Shown here: piece by piece, positions 48,652-59,002 of the stretch
How positions within the stretch are numbered: position 1 is the stretch's first letter
Layout of the letters: each line of letters opens with the position of its first letter
Origin: a virus
Lineage: Duplodnaviria > Caudoviricetes
Virus record (IMG/VR): IMGVR_UViG_3300032226_000551
Coordinates: 32,001 to 96,000 of that record
Direction: 5' to 3' (one strand)
DNA length: 64,000 nucleotides
Notes under the pieces: model-generated
What the model saw: the letters and a program-made list of their open reading frames with translations, nothing else
Database searches by the model: none
Told to the model about the DNA's origin: nothing
Program-made: the position numbers and the translations under genes

Positions 48652-51552
48652 TTAAAAAATTACAATTGGTCTATATTCTTCTTGTGTTCTTTCCTCTTCT
48701 ACTTCTCTTTTTGGTTCTGGTTTACTTCCCCATCTTAATAACCAACCTGCTAAATCGGATTGTTCTTGGGATAGAGTTATAGGTTCTTCTACATTAAACT
48801 TACCAACAAATGAGAATTTTACATTACTGGATGCTGTTTTTTTGTATTGAGATACGGAACCACTTAATAATGGACTTTTCTTCAACAATTCCGAATTATC
48901 TGAGAAAGGTTTTATTTTTAGTGGTTTTCCTTGATCATCCGTGTCCAATATTACATAATATTTCGATGCTATAGATGGTTCCAGCATGAAAATTCCCCAT
49001 ATTAAAGACAATACCCTGTCATCCAAGTCATCATCTTTTCTTTTGCTATATGTGTAATTCTCATGTCTAACAAAATTACTAAGTTCCAGTAAAGTATCTA
49101 GGTCATATAGTCTAACAGCATTTAAACTGTTTACCCAATATCTGAAATTTGTAACACCTCTATATTTTGTATTCGTGTGATTATGTATACCAAACCTATG
49201 TTCTGTATTATAGTGTTTACTGAATCCCTCAAAATGATAAGAAACCACAGATTCATAGTTATGTGTATGACAAAGCACATCCAATACTTGTTGACCATTG
49301 TTGTTGTTCTCTACAAGTATAGGAGGACGCCCCCAATCCTCTAAAATCCCCATTAAACGTGTTCCAAAGTGAAAAGGACTCATTGTGTTGGTTGCATATA
49401 TAGCAACCTGTTTTATATTGGTTAAATCAGATAGGTCTAAAATTTGAGCAACAGTATTTGATCGACCGATACCTTCACCGACATCGACTCCAATGGCATA
49501 AAATGATTCAGGATTTGGTTCCTCGAAAATTTTATAATTTCCGTTATCCATTACAAGTATGGGTTCTTTACATTGAGCTTTTAATTCGGCTAAAAGATTT
49601 GGATCGATTGCGGTTTTATTTGGATCATGGAATACATTGGCAAATTCTTGATCGAAATCTTCTTGAGAACCCATAGCGGATATGGTTTCTTTTTTCCATG
49701 CCTCGTCACGACCGGGCACATCCCACCAATTCACCACCTCCAAGTGCCAATCACTATTTGGTTTTTGGGATTCTTGATACAATTCATAAAATTTATTATC
49801 CGTACCATTTGGTGTACTAATAATAACCAATTGTGATTTTTTAGAAGAAGAAATAATAGGAATAGCAGACTTCCAGAGTTCATTCATCAATTCATTTGGA
49901 CAATGTGCCATTTCATCAATAATAAGAAGGTTACTAGTAGATCCGCGAGGTCCAGCAGATGATGTTGTACTAATTTTGATAGAAGAATCGTTTGCTAATT
50001 GAAATCCGTCCTTTCTCCAAGATTTCACACTGGGTTTCATCCAAACAGGAAGTTGTTCAAATGCCATTTTTATTCTTTCGAATATTTCTTTTGCGGTGGA
50101 TTCTTTATTTGCAACAATTGTTATTCGTTTATCTGATTGGAAACAAACAATCCATAGTGCATAAATTGTTATGGTAGTGGTATTATGAGTTGGTATTAAT
50201 GTATTTCCACAAAGATATAAAGAATCTGGACTATTAACTGTTATACATCTAACTGGTACACTGTCTACTTTTTTTACATTTTTTATATAATGAAATTGAT
50301 TTCTATTAGATTCTGATATTTTACTTATATTGTTTCTCAGTCTATCAGCCTTAAATGGAAGTTTAACAACCATTTCTCTAGGTTTAAAGTATACAGAACC
50401 AACCAATCCACACTCAACACCATTAATTTTTGCTATTTTTTCTTTATAAAATGCTTTATATCCTAAACTTATTATGAGTTTTTGTACTTCTTTTACTAGT
50501 TTTATGTTAGTGTTGTAAAAATATGCATGACCTTTGGTGGTTATATACCCATCAGAATCCATTAACCCCATTAACAGTTCAAGTCTTTGTTCCCTAGAAG
50601 ATAAAAAATAAGATTCTGGTATGTGTTTATTTCCCAAAAGATTGTTAATTCGTAATATAGTATGTAAAGAGTCAACTTTTCTTTTTTCATTTGTAAGATT
50701 TAAAGCAAAAACACCTCTTTTATCTTCTTGTACTTTTAAAATTTTAAATTGTTCATTGTTCTTTAATATTCTAATAGTATCTTCTATATCTCTTTTACCT
50801 ATTGTTATTCTAGATCCTTCAGTAGCACCATCTCCTAACCATAACCCAAGAACATAAGGTGTAATTGGCAATTCTTTTTTACTATATTCAATACCATTTA
50901 AACACATCGGTATTCTATGATTCGGCTCTCCGTTTGTATCAATTAAAGTATCAAATATATCCTTTGTTGTTTTTACACTTCCGTTTTTATCATATTTTCT
51001 TTTTCTATCGGTCTTGGTTTGAGTGTACCATAGATGTTCTGCGTCTGCTATTATTTCTTCCCCATTATCAAATGTAACACTATAACATTCTTTATTATAT
51101 AAAACATCATGTGCCTTTTTTACATTATAAATTTTACCATCTAAACCATATATATTATCACCATCTTTTAAATCTCCCATATTAACAAAACCTTTAGGAG
51201 TTGGTATAGGTGTATCTAAAGCCAACGCTTTTCCGCTTTGGCGAGAACTTAATACGATATTGAACCTTTCATTCTTAAATGCTTTTAAAAGTCTTTTTTG
51301 ATATTTGTATAATTCTATTTTCTTTTTACCTTCGTCCAAAGTTGTTATGTAAAAATATTGTTCTGCAAAATGTAATATGCTTTTATTACACAATTTCAAT
51401 TCTTCGATCATGGACTCTGTCCATTTGAATTGAGAATTTCCTCTTAAAAGATTTTCATTTCCTTTATAGAAAGAACCGTCTACAATAATATCCTCTGGAT
51501 CTATATCATCGACGTTTTGCTCTAACTCTTCATTCTTTTTTCTTCTTCCCAT
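48652..51552 (-). CDS. gp17: Terminase large subunit gp17 containing an intein
   Basis: YKGNENL, LYKYQ, SRQSGK|TT Walker A, IIDEMA Walker B, ISTPNG, FDQEF, GVDVGEG, VENN, DDRV. Confidence 0.95.
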   Translation of the reverse strand: MGRRKKNEELEQNVDDIDPEDIIVDGSFYKGNENLLRGNSQFKWTESMIEELKLCNKSILHFAEQYFYITTLDEGKKKIELYKYQKRLLKAFKNERFNIVLSSRQSGKALALDTPIPTPKGFVNMGDLKDGDNIYGLDGKIYNVKKAHDVLYNKECYSVTFDNGEEIIADAEHLWYTQTKTDRKRKYDKNGSVKTTKDIFDTLIDTNGEPNHRIPMCLNGIEYSKKELPITPYVLGLWLGDGATEGSRITIGKRDIEDTIRILKNNEQFKILKVQEDKRGVFALNLTNEKRKVDSLHTILRINNLLGNKHIPESYFLSSREQRLELLMGLMDSDGYITTKGHAYFYNTNIKLVKEVQKLIISLGYKAFYKEKIAKINGVECGLVGSVYFKPREMVVKLPFKADRLRNNISKISESNRNQFHYIKNVKKVDSVPVRCITVNSPDSLYLCGNTLIPTHNTTTITIYALWIVCFQSDKRITIVANKESTAKEIFERIKMAFEQLPVWMKPSVKSWRKDGFQLANDSSIKISTTSSAGPRGSTSNLLIIDEMAHCPNELMNELWKSAIPIISSSKKSQLVIISTPNGTDNKFYELYQESQKPNSDWHLEVVNWWDVPGRDEAWKKETISAMGSQEDFDQEFANVFHDPNKTAIDPNLLAELKAQCKEPILVMDNGNYKIFEEPNPESFYAIGVDVGEGIGRSNTVAQILDLSDLTNIKQVAIYATNTMSPFHFGTRLMGILEDWGRPPILVENNNNGQQVLDVLCHTHNYESVVSYHFEGFSKHYNTEHRFGIHNHTNTKYRGVTNFRYWVNSLNAVRLYDLDTLLELSNFVRHENYTYSKRKDDDLDDRVLSLIWGIFMLEPSIASKYYVILDTDDQGKPLKIKPFSDNSELLKKSPLLSGSVSQYKKTASSNVKFSFVGKFNVEEPITLSQEQSDLAGWLLRWGSKPEPKREVEEERTQEEYRPIVIF
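50182..51228 (-). mobile_element. Class 3 intein (Ala1, W-C-T signature) with LAGLIDADG endonuclease
   Basis: ALALDTPIPTP...DAEHLW...LGLWLGDG...LLMGLMDSDG...VRCITV...IPTHN|T; 349 aa. Confidence 0.9.
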
Positions 51553-51558
51553 ATACAA

Positions 51559-51576
51559 TAAATACTTATGTAAATA
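51559..51576. promoter_or_regulatory. Back-to-back divergent late promoters
   Basis: TAAATACTTATGTAAATA, reverse complement of 6474-6491. Confidence 0.65.
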
Positions 51577-51960
51577 ATGAAAAAATTAAACTTCGAAGAT
51601 TGTTTTAGTAAGACTAAAATAAATAAAAATTATGATTATGTCTTTGATTATAAAACAAATTGGAAATTTTATAAGTTAAATTTAAATAAAAAAGACAGTT
51701 TATGGTATAAATTACAAAAAAAAATAGATAGTATTTGCGATGATAGCGAAATAACAACAGAAGATATTGAAAAATTTTTAGATGAAAATCCAGATATTGA
51801 ATTCGAATTTGAATTTTTTAATGAAATGATGCCTCATATATTCTTTTTTAAAACTGAAGGTAGAATATATTGTTATTCTTGTGATATAGTAGAATCAGAA
51901 AATAAAAATTTAACACACACTATGGCTAGATTTTATTTTGATATAGAAAAATTTTATTAA
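51577..51960 (+). CDS. Hypothetical protein
   Basis: 127-aa ORF. Confidence 0.6.
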   Translation: MKKLNFEDCFSKTKINKNYDYVFDYKTNWKFYKLNLNKKDSLWYKLQKKIDSICDDSEITTEDIEKFLDENPDIEFEFEFFNEMMPHIFFFKTEGRIYCYSCDIVESENKNLTHTMARFYFDIEKFY

Positions 51961-52319
51961 TTTTTAATCTGCTTTTTAATTTCGTTTATTATGATATAAA
52001 CATATTCAGATTTTAAATATTTTATCTTTGTTCCTGCTTCTGGCATCTTTATAGGATTTATTATTTGGTTATATGAACACAGCAACCACCATAAATCCAT
52101 ATTACCATATATTTTATATGATATGGAAACCCATGTGTCATTATAATCTACAACATATGTTCCTTCTATTTGTGTATTATCAGCAGGAAATATATTAATG
52201 TTTCTTAAAAGATTATAATATCTCATATCACTTTCTTCATCATTATAAATATTGAAAAAATTTTCATATCTATATACCGAAAGTTTTGGTAAATCGTTTA
52301 TGTTATTTTGTGTTTCCAT
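51957..52319 (-). CDS. gp53: Baseplate wedge protein gp53-like (LysM-like)
   Basis: DTWVSISYKIYGNMDLWWLLCSYNQIINP. Confidence 0.8.
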   Translation of the reverse strand: METQNNINDLPKLSVYRYENFFNIYNDEESDMRYYNLLRNINIFPADNTQIEGTYVVDYNDTWVSISYKIYGNMDLWWLLCSYNQIINPIKMPEAGTKIKYLKSEYVYIIINEIKKQIKN

Positions 52320-52328
52320 TATTAATGA

Positions 52329-53357
52329 TTATTGTTGTGGTGTAGCACCAGCATTTGTAGCAACTGTTGTAGCAGCTTGTTTAAGCAAATCTGCACCTTC
52401 TCCTATTGCTCTTTTTGCTGCATTAAATCCTGCCTCTAAATTTTCTGTTACTACATTTTTAATACTTCCAATAACATTTACCGAATTTTCTCCAATAGCT
52501 CCAGCAAATATATTTGAACTAGTTGCTACCAATTGAGTTATTGTTATTGATACTTTATATGCTTCTGGTATTAATAATGTAGTATTTCCAAATTCTGATA
52601 GTTCTCTAGTAGTTCCAATACTCTCTATGTCCAAACTTGAAATATATGCTGCTGGCCAATCCAAACCACCTAAACAATTTTGTGTTTTTACTTTATATAT
52701 TTTTGGTGGAATATAAGTCAAAAATGTATTTCGAGTTTTTAAATTTTGAAAAGTTAATAAAGAAACTAGCATATAGTTATCATATGCTTCTTTTAAAGTT
52801 ACTGTATTATATAAAGGAAACGTAACGGTTAAAGATTCTGCCAGAGTTCCTGTAAATGTTTGAGCTTCTTCAAATCCCATGTCTCCCATAAAACCAACTG
52901 CTAATGATAAACCTACTCCTAAAGCTGTTCCCACATTATTTTGAGGGGTTTTTCCATTTCCTTTTAAAATTTCTTCTAATGAAAAATTAGTTTTTCCCCA
53001 ACTGTTTCTTATACTTCTTATTTTATCTCCACTTTTTATTAAAAGTGGTAAGTTATACTCAAATCCTGTTGGATTTCCATTATATAATATGGAATATGGA
53101 TCTAGTTCACCATCCCTAAAGGTAGCAACTGCTGTATTAGCAATTCGGGCTAACATTTGTGTCCATACACCAAATTCTAATTCATATTCTTTTAAAGCAA
53201 CAGAAGGAACCTCTTCGGTACTACCTGAATTTTTCCATCTAAAACCATCTACAACATTTATTCTTCCACTACCAGTTGGAACAGCCTGTAAAGGACTCTT
53301 AGATATATTAATATATGGGATTTCTATAGGAAATGGTTTTGATTCTAAACGAAACAT
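52329..53357 (-). CDS. Baseplate/tail tube cap protein, gp48-like
   Basis: TVTFPLYNT, YIPPKIY, AYISSLDIES, IPEAYKVSITIT; position. Confidence 0.55.
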   Translation of the reverse strand: MFRLESKPFPIEIPYINISKSPLQAVPTGSGRINVVDGFRWKNSGSTEEVPSVALKEYELEFGVWTQMLARIANTAVATFRDGELDPYSILYNGNPTGFEYNLPLLIKSGDKIRSIRNSWGKTNFSLEEILKGNGKTPQNNVGTALGVGLSLAVGFMGDMGFEEAQTFTGTLAESLTVTFPLYNTVTLKEAYDNYMLVSLLTFQNLKTRNTFLTYIPPKIYKVKTQNCLGGLDWPAAYISSLDIESIGTTRELSEFGNTTLLIPEAYKVSITITQLVATSSNIFAGAIGENSVNVIGSIKNVVTENLEAGFNAAKRAIGEGADLLKQAATTVATNAGATPQQ

Positions 53358-53368
53358 ATATATACTTA

Positions 53369-55672
53369 TTAAGCAAACTCTCCTTGTATCGACCTTCTAA
53401 AGTTATAGATAGAATCTGGTCTAGTTCCACTTAAAATAACATCCATCATATTAGATCTTTCCCCTGAATTGTTTGACACTACTACAGGTGATGACTCGGT
53501 ATTTATATTTTCTAATTTTTCTGGTATTTTATAAATTCCTTTGTTTATAGATTTTGCCAATTCGGTTAATTCCTTTAATGCTCTATCAAATACTTCATCG
53601 GTTTTATATGCCAATATATTATCACCTTGATCCAACACATTTGCTGTGTTTGTTTTATTATCAAATAATATAGAATTTGATTGTGTGCTTGTCATTAAAT
53701 TTCTAAATGAAAAGTCTTGTTGTTTTTTTTCTTGAACGCTTTGATCTACTTGTAAATTTAATAATTGATTTTTTCTTTCTCTGATTGATTTTAATGTTGT
53801 TTCCTGAACATCTAATTGTTGTTTCAGTTCTCTTTCAGTATGACTAGTTCCTTGCCAGTTTGCTCTATCAAGCATAGCTTCGGATACTCTTTCATCTCTT
53901 GATTTATCATGAATAAATGGTATAGATGGACCTATTCTATTTTTTATTTCTGCTTCTAATTGTTCTTTTAATTGTTGTACTTTATTTACTTGATCATCTA
54001 TTAGTTTCTGTGTATTATCTAATTGTTCTTGACTAAATTTTGATACGGGTTTTTCTGTTACATTTTTTAAATGTTTTCTAGCACGTATTTGTTCTGGTGA
54101 TAACGCTTCTCCATTTTCTCCTACTAGATAATCTTCATCAATTTCTAAATTTCCGGTGTTATCATCATATTTAACTCCTAACCATGCCGCTACTGCACCT
54201 CTAAGACCACCTATTTTTGGTATAAAACTACACATCCATCTAAACATACTTTTTCTAATTTCATCACTAAATGTATCCCATGAAAAATTTTCATTTCCTT
54301 CTGTTCCAAATAAATTTGAATTAACAAGAGCTTGTAATATAGCTGGAAAAGGTCCAAGGAAAGGCGTTTCAGTTAAATAATTCAAAGCACCTTTCCAATT
54401 TCCCTTACCCAATTCCCAAAAACCTCTTCCCCATTTAATAAGACCACCAACAATAGGAATTTCTTGAATATATTCAACTATCTTATTAACATAATCCATT
54501 TTTATAGCTTGCTTTTCTTCCATTGTATTTGCTCCACCCGCTTTATAATCTAAAAATGCATTCAAAGCCGATGCACCAATAGATAAAGGTAGTGCCAAAG
54601 GTGCAAGTGGTGTAAATACCAATAGATTTGAAATACCACCAACAAGTTCAATTATACCTGCTATAGTATCATCGTTTTTAAAACGATCCCATGCATTATA
54701 AAAACTTATTAAGCTACCAATAATAGGAATAGATTTAAAAGCAACTGCACCAACTCCTTTAAACAAACCACCAGCTATCCTTGGTATTAGTGTTTTCCAA
54801 GCTGCTGGAGCGGCGGTAGCACCAGCTTTTACTACATCATCACCAAATCCAAGTTTAAAAATAGCTTTTAATCCACCTTCTAATATATCACCAAATGTTG
54901 TAAATGCTTTTCCTACTAAATTAAAAAACCATCCACTTGTTATTTTGAGTCCACCCATAGTAAAAAATTTTCCAATACCTTCTACTACTCCTTCAAATTT
55001 ATCAAAAACATCAAGATTTAAATTTAATTTAGATTCTAACCAAGGTTTGATATGTTTATCCCAAAATGCAGATATTAATAATGCACCAACACCACCAGCT
55101 AATAACAATGCACCCAATGTTCCTAGTAATCCACCTCCATCTCCACTACTTTCTTCTTGTGATACTCTATTACCCGATCTTTTTAAATTTTCGGCGTTTA
55201 TTCCACTCAAAACTCCACCTAATTTATCTACAGTTTCATCTGATAGTGAAACAGTTGGTGTTTTTTCGGTTAATGTTTGCTGTTCCGATAAAGAATTTCT
55301 AGTAGAAATTGAATTATTACTATCTAATTTTAAATTTAAATCCAATTTATCTAAATTCTTTTTAAGAATTTCTTCGGATTTCTTTTTATACTCATCTCTT
55401 AGTTCTTTTAATCCTAATGGATCATTAATATGATTTAAAACATCCTTACTAGATGTTGGATCATCTATTTTTTTTCCTATTTTGGAATAATAATCTTTTG
55501 CTTTATTGAATGTTGGTGTTACATACCTATCTTTAAAGTCTTTTTTTAAATTTTGTAAAAAATCTATACCAGTTTCATCAGAAGTTAATAATAATTTTAT
55601 TACTTCTGTCGAATCTACTTCATTAGCTACGAACTTTGATAATACATCATCAATAGAAACTGTATTTGTCAT
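53369..55672 (-). CDS. Tape-measure-like / gp29-like baseplate hub protein
   Basis: 767 aa, G/A-rich hydrophobic helices (IPIIGSLIS), coiled coils, VVVSNN near C-terminus. Confidence 0.6.
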   Translation of the reverse strand: MTNTVSIDDVLSKFVANEVDSTEVIKLLLTSDETGIDFLQNLKKDFKDRYVTPTFNKAKDYYSKIGKKIDDPTSSKDVLNHINDPLGLKELRDEYKKKSEEILKKNLDKLDLNLKLDSNNSISTRNSLSEQQTLTEKTPTVSLSDETVDKLGGVLSGINAENLKRSGNRVSQEESSGDGGGLLGTLGALLLAGGVGALLISAFWDKHIKPWLESKLNLNLDVFDKFEGVVEGIGKFFTMGGLKITSGWFFNLVGKAFTTFGDILEGGLKAIFKLGFGDDVVKAGATAAPAAWKTLIPRIAGGLFKGVGAVAFKSIPIIGSLISFYNAWDRFKNDDTIAGIIELVGGISNLLVFTPLAPLALPLSIGASALNAFLDYKAGGANTMEEKQAIKMDYVNKIVEYIQEIPIVGGLIKWGRGFWELGKGNWKGALNYLTETPFLGPFPAILQALVNSNLFGTEGNENFSWDTFSDEIRKSMFRWMCSFIPKIGGLRGAVAAWLGVKYDDNTGNLEIDEDYLVGENGEALSPEQIRARKHLKNVTEKPVSKFSQEQLDNTQKLIDDQVNKVQQLKEQLEAEIKNRIGPSIPFIHDKSRDERVSEAMLDRANWQGTSHTERELKQQLDVQETTLKSIRERKNQLLNLQVDQSVQEKKQQDFSFRNLMTSTQSNSILFDNKTNTANVLDQGDNILAYKTDEVFDRALKELTELAKSINKGIYKIPEKLENINTESSPVVVSNNSGERSNMMDVILSGTRPDSIYNFRRSIQGEFA

Positions 55673-55700
55673 ATACTAATACTTAGATTAATATATGTTT

Positions 55701-56531
55701 TTAATTCAAAAATAGTACACTATCAATATTTAAAATCTTTGTATATGTCTTACCTTCTTCTACCGTGGAAATAGTTAAAACAGAATCAATTTCACTTTTC
55801 CATTTTGAAACAACCGACAATATTTTTTGTAAAATCCCACTTGGAAGTTTTTCAACCAATTTAATCTTTTTTAAGAAATCAACATTCTCAAAATTTAGAT
55901 TATTATCGTTAATATAAATGTTTTTGATGTATTTTGTGGTTTCTCCTATGAATGCTTCTGATACAATTCGTTGTATCTCGTCATTATCCTTAATATCATC
56001 AACCTTTTTTTCCTTTTTATGAATTTGTTCTTCGTATTGCAACTCTTTTTCAATAGTAGGGACCGTTAATTCTAACTTTATTCTAAAATTTTGATTATCA
56101 ACCTCTAAAATTTCATCTTTTGGTGTTTCAAACGTCTTAAACTTTTCAATTATTGGTTTTAGACTGATTTTTTTAACGATATTGTTCTTTTCATCGAATG
56201 TAACAGATGTTTCTTCGGAAATTTTATCTTTTAATGAGATCGCAATAGCAAATTTATCAAAAACAGTAAAATCATTCAATTCTTTTACGTTTTCTTTGTC
56301 TAAAAAGTTAGAATTTAGTATATTATACAAGTTTTTTACAAAATTTGTGTTGTAAATAGAAGAATTCATCGCAGAACTGAGCATATTCTTCTGTTGTTTT
56401 GCATCAATTTCTTTAAATGTGTATTCCTTTTTCTTAGATGGTATCCAAACACTTACATTAAATGTCTGTGAAACACTATCTAATGCTCTTAAAGCATCTT
56501 CAAAGTTTAAAATATTATTATCTTCTTCCAT
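55701..56531 (-). CDS. Baseplate hub assembly protein, gp26-like
   Basis: VWIPSKKKEYTFKEIDAKQQKNML, LELTVPT, KLVEKLP. Confidence 0.6.
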   Translation of the reverse strand: MEEDNNILNFEDALRALDSVSQTFNVSVWIPSKKKEYTFKEIDAKQQKNMLSSAMNSSIYNTNFVKNLYNILNSNFLDKENVKELNDFTVFDKFAIAISLKDKISEETSVTFDEKNNIVKKISLKPIIEKFKTFETPKDEILEVDNQNFRIKLELTVPTIEKELQYEEQIHKKEKKVDDIKDNDEIQRIVSEAFIGETTKYIKNIYINDNNLNFENVDFLKKIKLVEKLPSGILQKILSVVSKWKSEIDSVLTISTVEEGKTYTKILNIDSVLFLN

Positions 56532-56536
56532 ATACA

Positions 56537-57529
56537 CTAATTAGGGGGAATGTCACCAAATTCAACAGCTAAATCTTCAACAGATCTTCCTTTTTTCATG
56601 TTTTCCATGTCATTTTCTATCACATCAGTATTATCTTGCTTACTTTTTTGCTGTTGTTTGATAAATGATATGTAAATACTTCTTTCTGATGGTGATAATT
56701 TCATAACATAATCAGAATTAACATGAAAATTTGATAAAATATAAATCTCTTCGTATATATTTTTTGCATTTTGTGAAAACAATACTCTTAAAAGATCAAT
56801 AAAAAACAAATTGTAAAAGTTTATTTTTTGATCTTTAAACATTTCGATATTAAATATGTCATTTGAACCAATTTTAGTAATGCAATCTATTATTATTTTC
56901 TCGGTTTTGTCTTTTAAAGACACCGGAAATGATTCATATGCTTTTAATTTTTGTTCATACGAATAACCATCAAAATTTATTACTTCGTTTTTTATTTTTA
57001 TATTTTTTATAAAATATGGCAAAGAATCTAAAACTTTTTGTCCGATTTCTTTATCACTTATCATATTTTCGTAGAAAAATTTAACCGAAGATATTTCTGG
57101 ATAACCTATTGCTATTAGCATATCTCTTTTTTCATCATAAACATAACAATTTTCCAATGCGTTTATAGATAAATTTAATAAATTTTCCATCAATTCCGTT
57201 AAATCTATTTTGATTTTCATGTTTTGAACATCTTCTCTATCAGATTTAATATTAAATTCTATATCATTACCAATGCTAATAATTCTTAATTTTATACAAA
57301 ACAAAACATATTCAATTATATTTAAATTATCAAAATCTTCTTTGTTTTCGACACATTCTTTTATAATTTTTATAAAATTTTCATGATAATCTAAATAAAA
57401 ATCAGGAGTTTGTGGATAGTATATATTTATTTTTTGTATATTTAATTGATTTACGGTATCGAGTTCTTTAAAGCTTAAAATTTTGTCGGAAAAAGGAAAA
57501 TCTGCTCTATATAAAAACATATTAGACAT
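56537..57529 (-). CDS. gp26-like protein fused to gp51-like C-terminus
   Basis: IEYVLFCIKLRIISIG (gp26-like); YEEIYIL...MKLSPSERSIYISF (gp51-like). Confidence 0.6.
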   Translation of the reverse strand: MSNMFLYRADFPFSDKILSFKELDTVNQLNIQKINIYYPQTPDFYLDYHENFIKIIKECVENKEDFDNLNIIEYVLFCIKLRIISIGNDIEFNIKSDREDVQNMKIKIDLTELMENLLNLSINALENCYVYDEKRDMLIAIGYPEISSVKFFYENMISDKEIGQKVLDSLPYFIKNIKIKNEVINFDGYSYEQKLKAYESFPVSLKDKTEKIIIDCITKIGSNDIFNIEMFKDQKINFYNLFFIDLLRVLFSQNAKNIYEEIYILSNFHVNSDYVMKLSPSERSIYISFIKQQQKSKQDNTDVIENDMENMKKGRSVEDLAVEFGDIPPN

Positions 57530-57564
57530 GAATATAATTAACCAATAATGAAAAAATGCAAATT

Positions 57565-58377
57565 TTAAATATTGAAATCAACTTCCTTATATTCATTTCT
57601 TCTATTGTTTTTGTTTATATCTAGTCCAGTAAAGTTTTTAAATATAGAATTATCGGTAACAATCATTCTTGATGTATCAACCTCTTGAACAAAGTAACCA
57701 TCATATGCAAATGTAACATTACTGTATTTTAAACCATCTTGTGCATAAGAATATTCTTCACTATCTATAGATATTGGTGCTAGATTATAAAATCTATATA
57801 ATTTTCTTATTAACATTGGTCTTTTTGTTCCAGATTTTGCCAACATTACAACATCAGCAAATCTACATTTAACCGATTTAGGAGAATCTACCGCTCTTGC
57901 AACTAATCCATTATATCCTACTAAAATAACCCATGGTCTTATCACTAAATCCAAAAATGATGCATTGGTTTCTAGAAACGTAACATTAAAAGTGTTATAT
58001 TTTTGTCTATTTGATGCGGTTGCTGGTGCTTGAAAACCACCATAATCCAATCCATTATTACCAGCATCTATTTTTTCTGATGGAAGAGTTACTTGTTTTG
58101 CAAAAACACATCCGGTTAATGTTTGATCGGAGTATTGTAAACTACCATCTAATAAATGACCTACTGTTGAGTCTGAAATAGACCATCCATTTCTACCAAA
58201 ACTAGATTCTCTATTCCTAAGTTCGTATGATATTGTGCTATTTAATGCATTTACCGAACTAAAATCAAAATATACAAACCATTGACTAGCTAATGCTATA
58301 TTGGTTGACCATTTTCCTAATAAACTTAAATAATAAGAATATGGACTGTTTTCTTGATTAAAATATGATAGAGGCAT
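57565..58377 (-). CDS. Tail tube initiator gp54-like
   Basis: Tube-fold motifs VTLPSE, FNVTFLET, FYNLAPISI, VTFAY; downstream of gp19. Confidence 0.6.
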   Translation of the reverse strand: MPLSYFNQENSPYSYYLSLLGKWSTNIALASQWFVYFDFSSVNALNSTISYELRNRESSFGRNGWSISDSTVGHLLDGSLQYSDQTLTGCVFAKQVTLPSEKIDAGNNGLDYGGFQAPATASNRQKYNTFNVTFLETNASFLDLVIRPWVILVGYNGLVARAVDSPKSVKCRFADVVMLAKSGTKRPMLIRKLYRFYNLAPISIDSEEYSYAQDGLKYSNVTFAYDGYFVQEVDTSRMIVTDNSIFKNFTGLDINKNNRRNEYKEVDFNI

Positions 58378-58399
58378 ATATTATATTTATGCCTCTATC
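58367..58399 (-). promoter_or_regulatory. 12-bp perfect hairpin covering the gp54-like start codon and containing a late promoter
   Basis: GATAGAGGCATA-N9-TATGCCTCTATC; TAAATA (minus) at 58384-58389. Confidence 0.65.
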
Positions 58400-58406
58400 T
58401 TTATTA

Positions 58407-58985
58407 TTAATTAGAAACTGGGGACAATCTCCAATATTGATATGCTAGAGTTACTTGCTGTTTCATTATTTCACCAGCAGTTGTGATATCAAGATTAACA
58501 TCGCCAACATTTTGACAATATACACCATAAAATGTATATTCTCTTAAAGCCTGACCACCTTTATCGATTAAAACCATCGTCATTTGATTGGCAGAACTGT
58601 TATTTGGAATACTATAATCACCAGAACTATCAATATCATTGAAAATTTCTCTAGACCATTGTTCAAATTTTCTTCTTACGGATAAACCTTGTGGGATTCT
58701 GAAGGTTAAGTTGAATGCACCACTGTTGTTGTAGGTTGCCGTACCGGGTACGTTGAATACCAATCCCATAAATGGAACCTGAATGTTGGTAATCGACCTA
58801 CCGGGTAGCGTTGTGGACTCCACATACAACAATTCATCGGTTTCAAATCTAGTTCCACCCAATTGTGTAATTCTAAATAAATTTGTTCTTGCAAAATCGT
58901 TTTTAGAAGCTGCACTATAAAAATTTTCTATTCCATATTTGTCCAAATATTTTGAACTTCTTTTAGTATATTCTGGTATATTCAT
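58407..58985 (-). CDS. gp19: Tail tube protein gp19
   Basis: ARTNLFR, TLPGR, VPFMG, RRKFEQW, VTLAYQYW. Confidence 0.9.
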   Translation of the reverse strand: MNIPEYTKRSSKYLDKYGIENFYSAASKNDFARTNLFRITQLGGTRFETDELLYVESTTLPGRSITNIQVPFMGLVFNVPGTATYNNSGAFNLTFRIPQGLSVRRKFEQWSREIFNDIDSSGDYSIPNNSSANQMTMVLIDKGGQALREYTFYGVYCQNVGDVNLDITTAGEIMKQQVTLAYQYWRLSPVSN

Positions 58986-59002
58986 AATTTTAAATATTTA
59001 TC

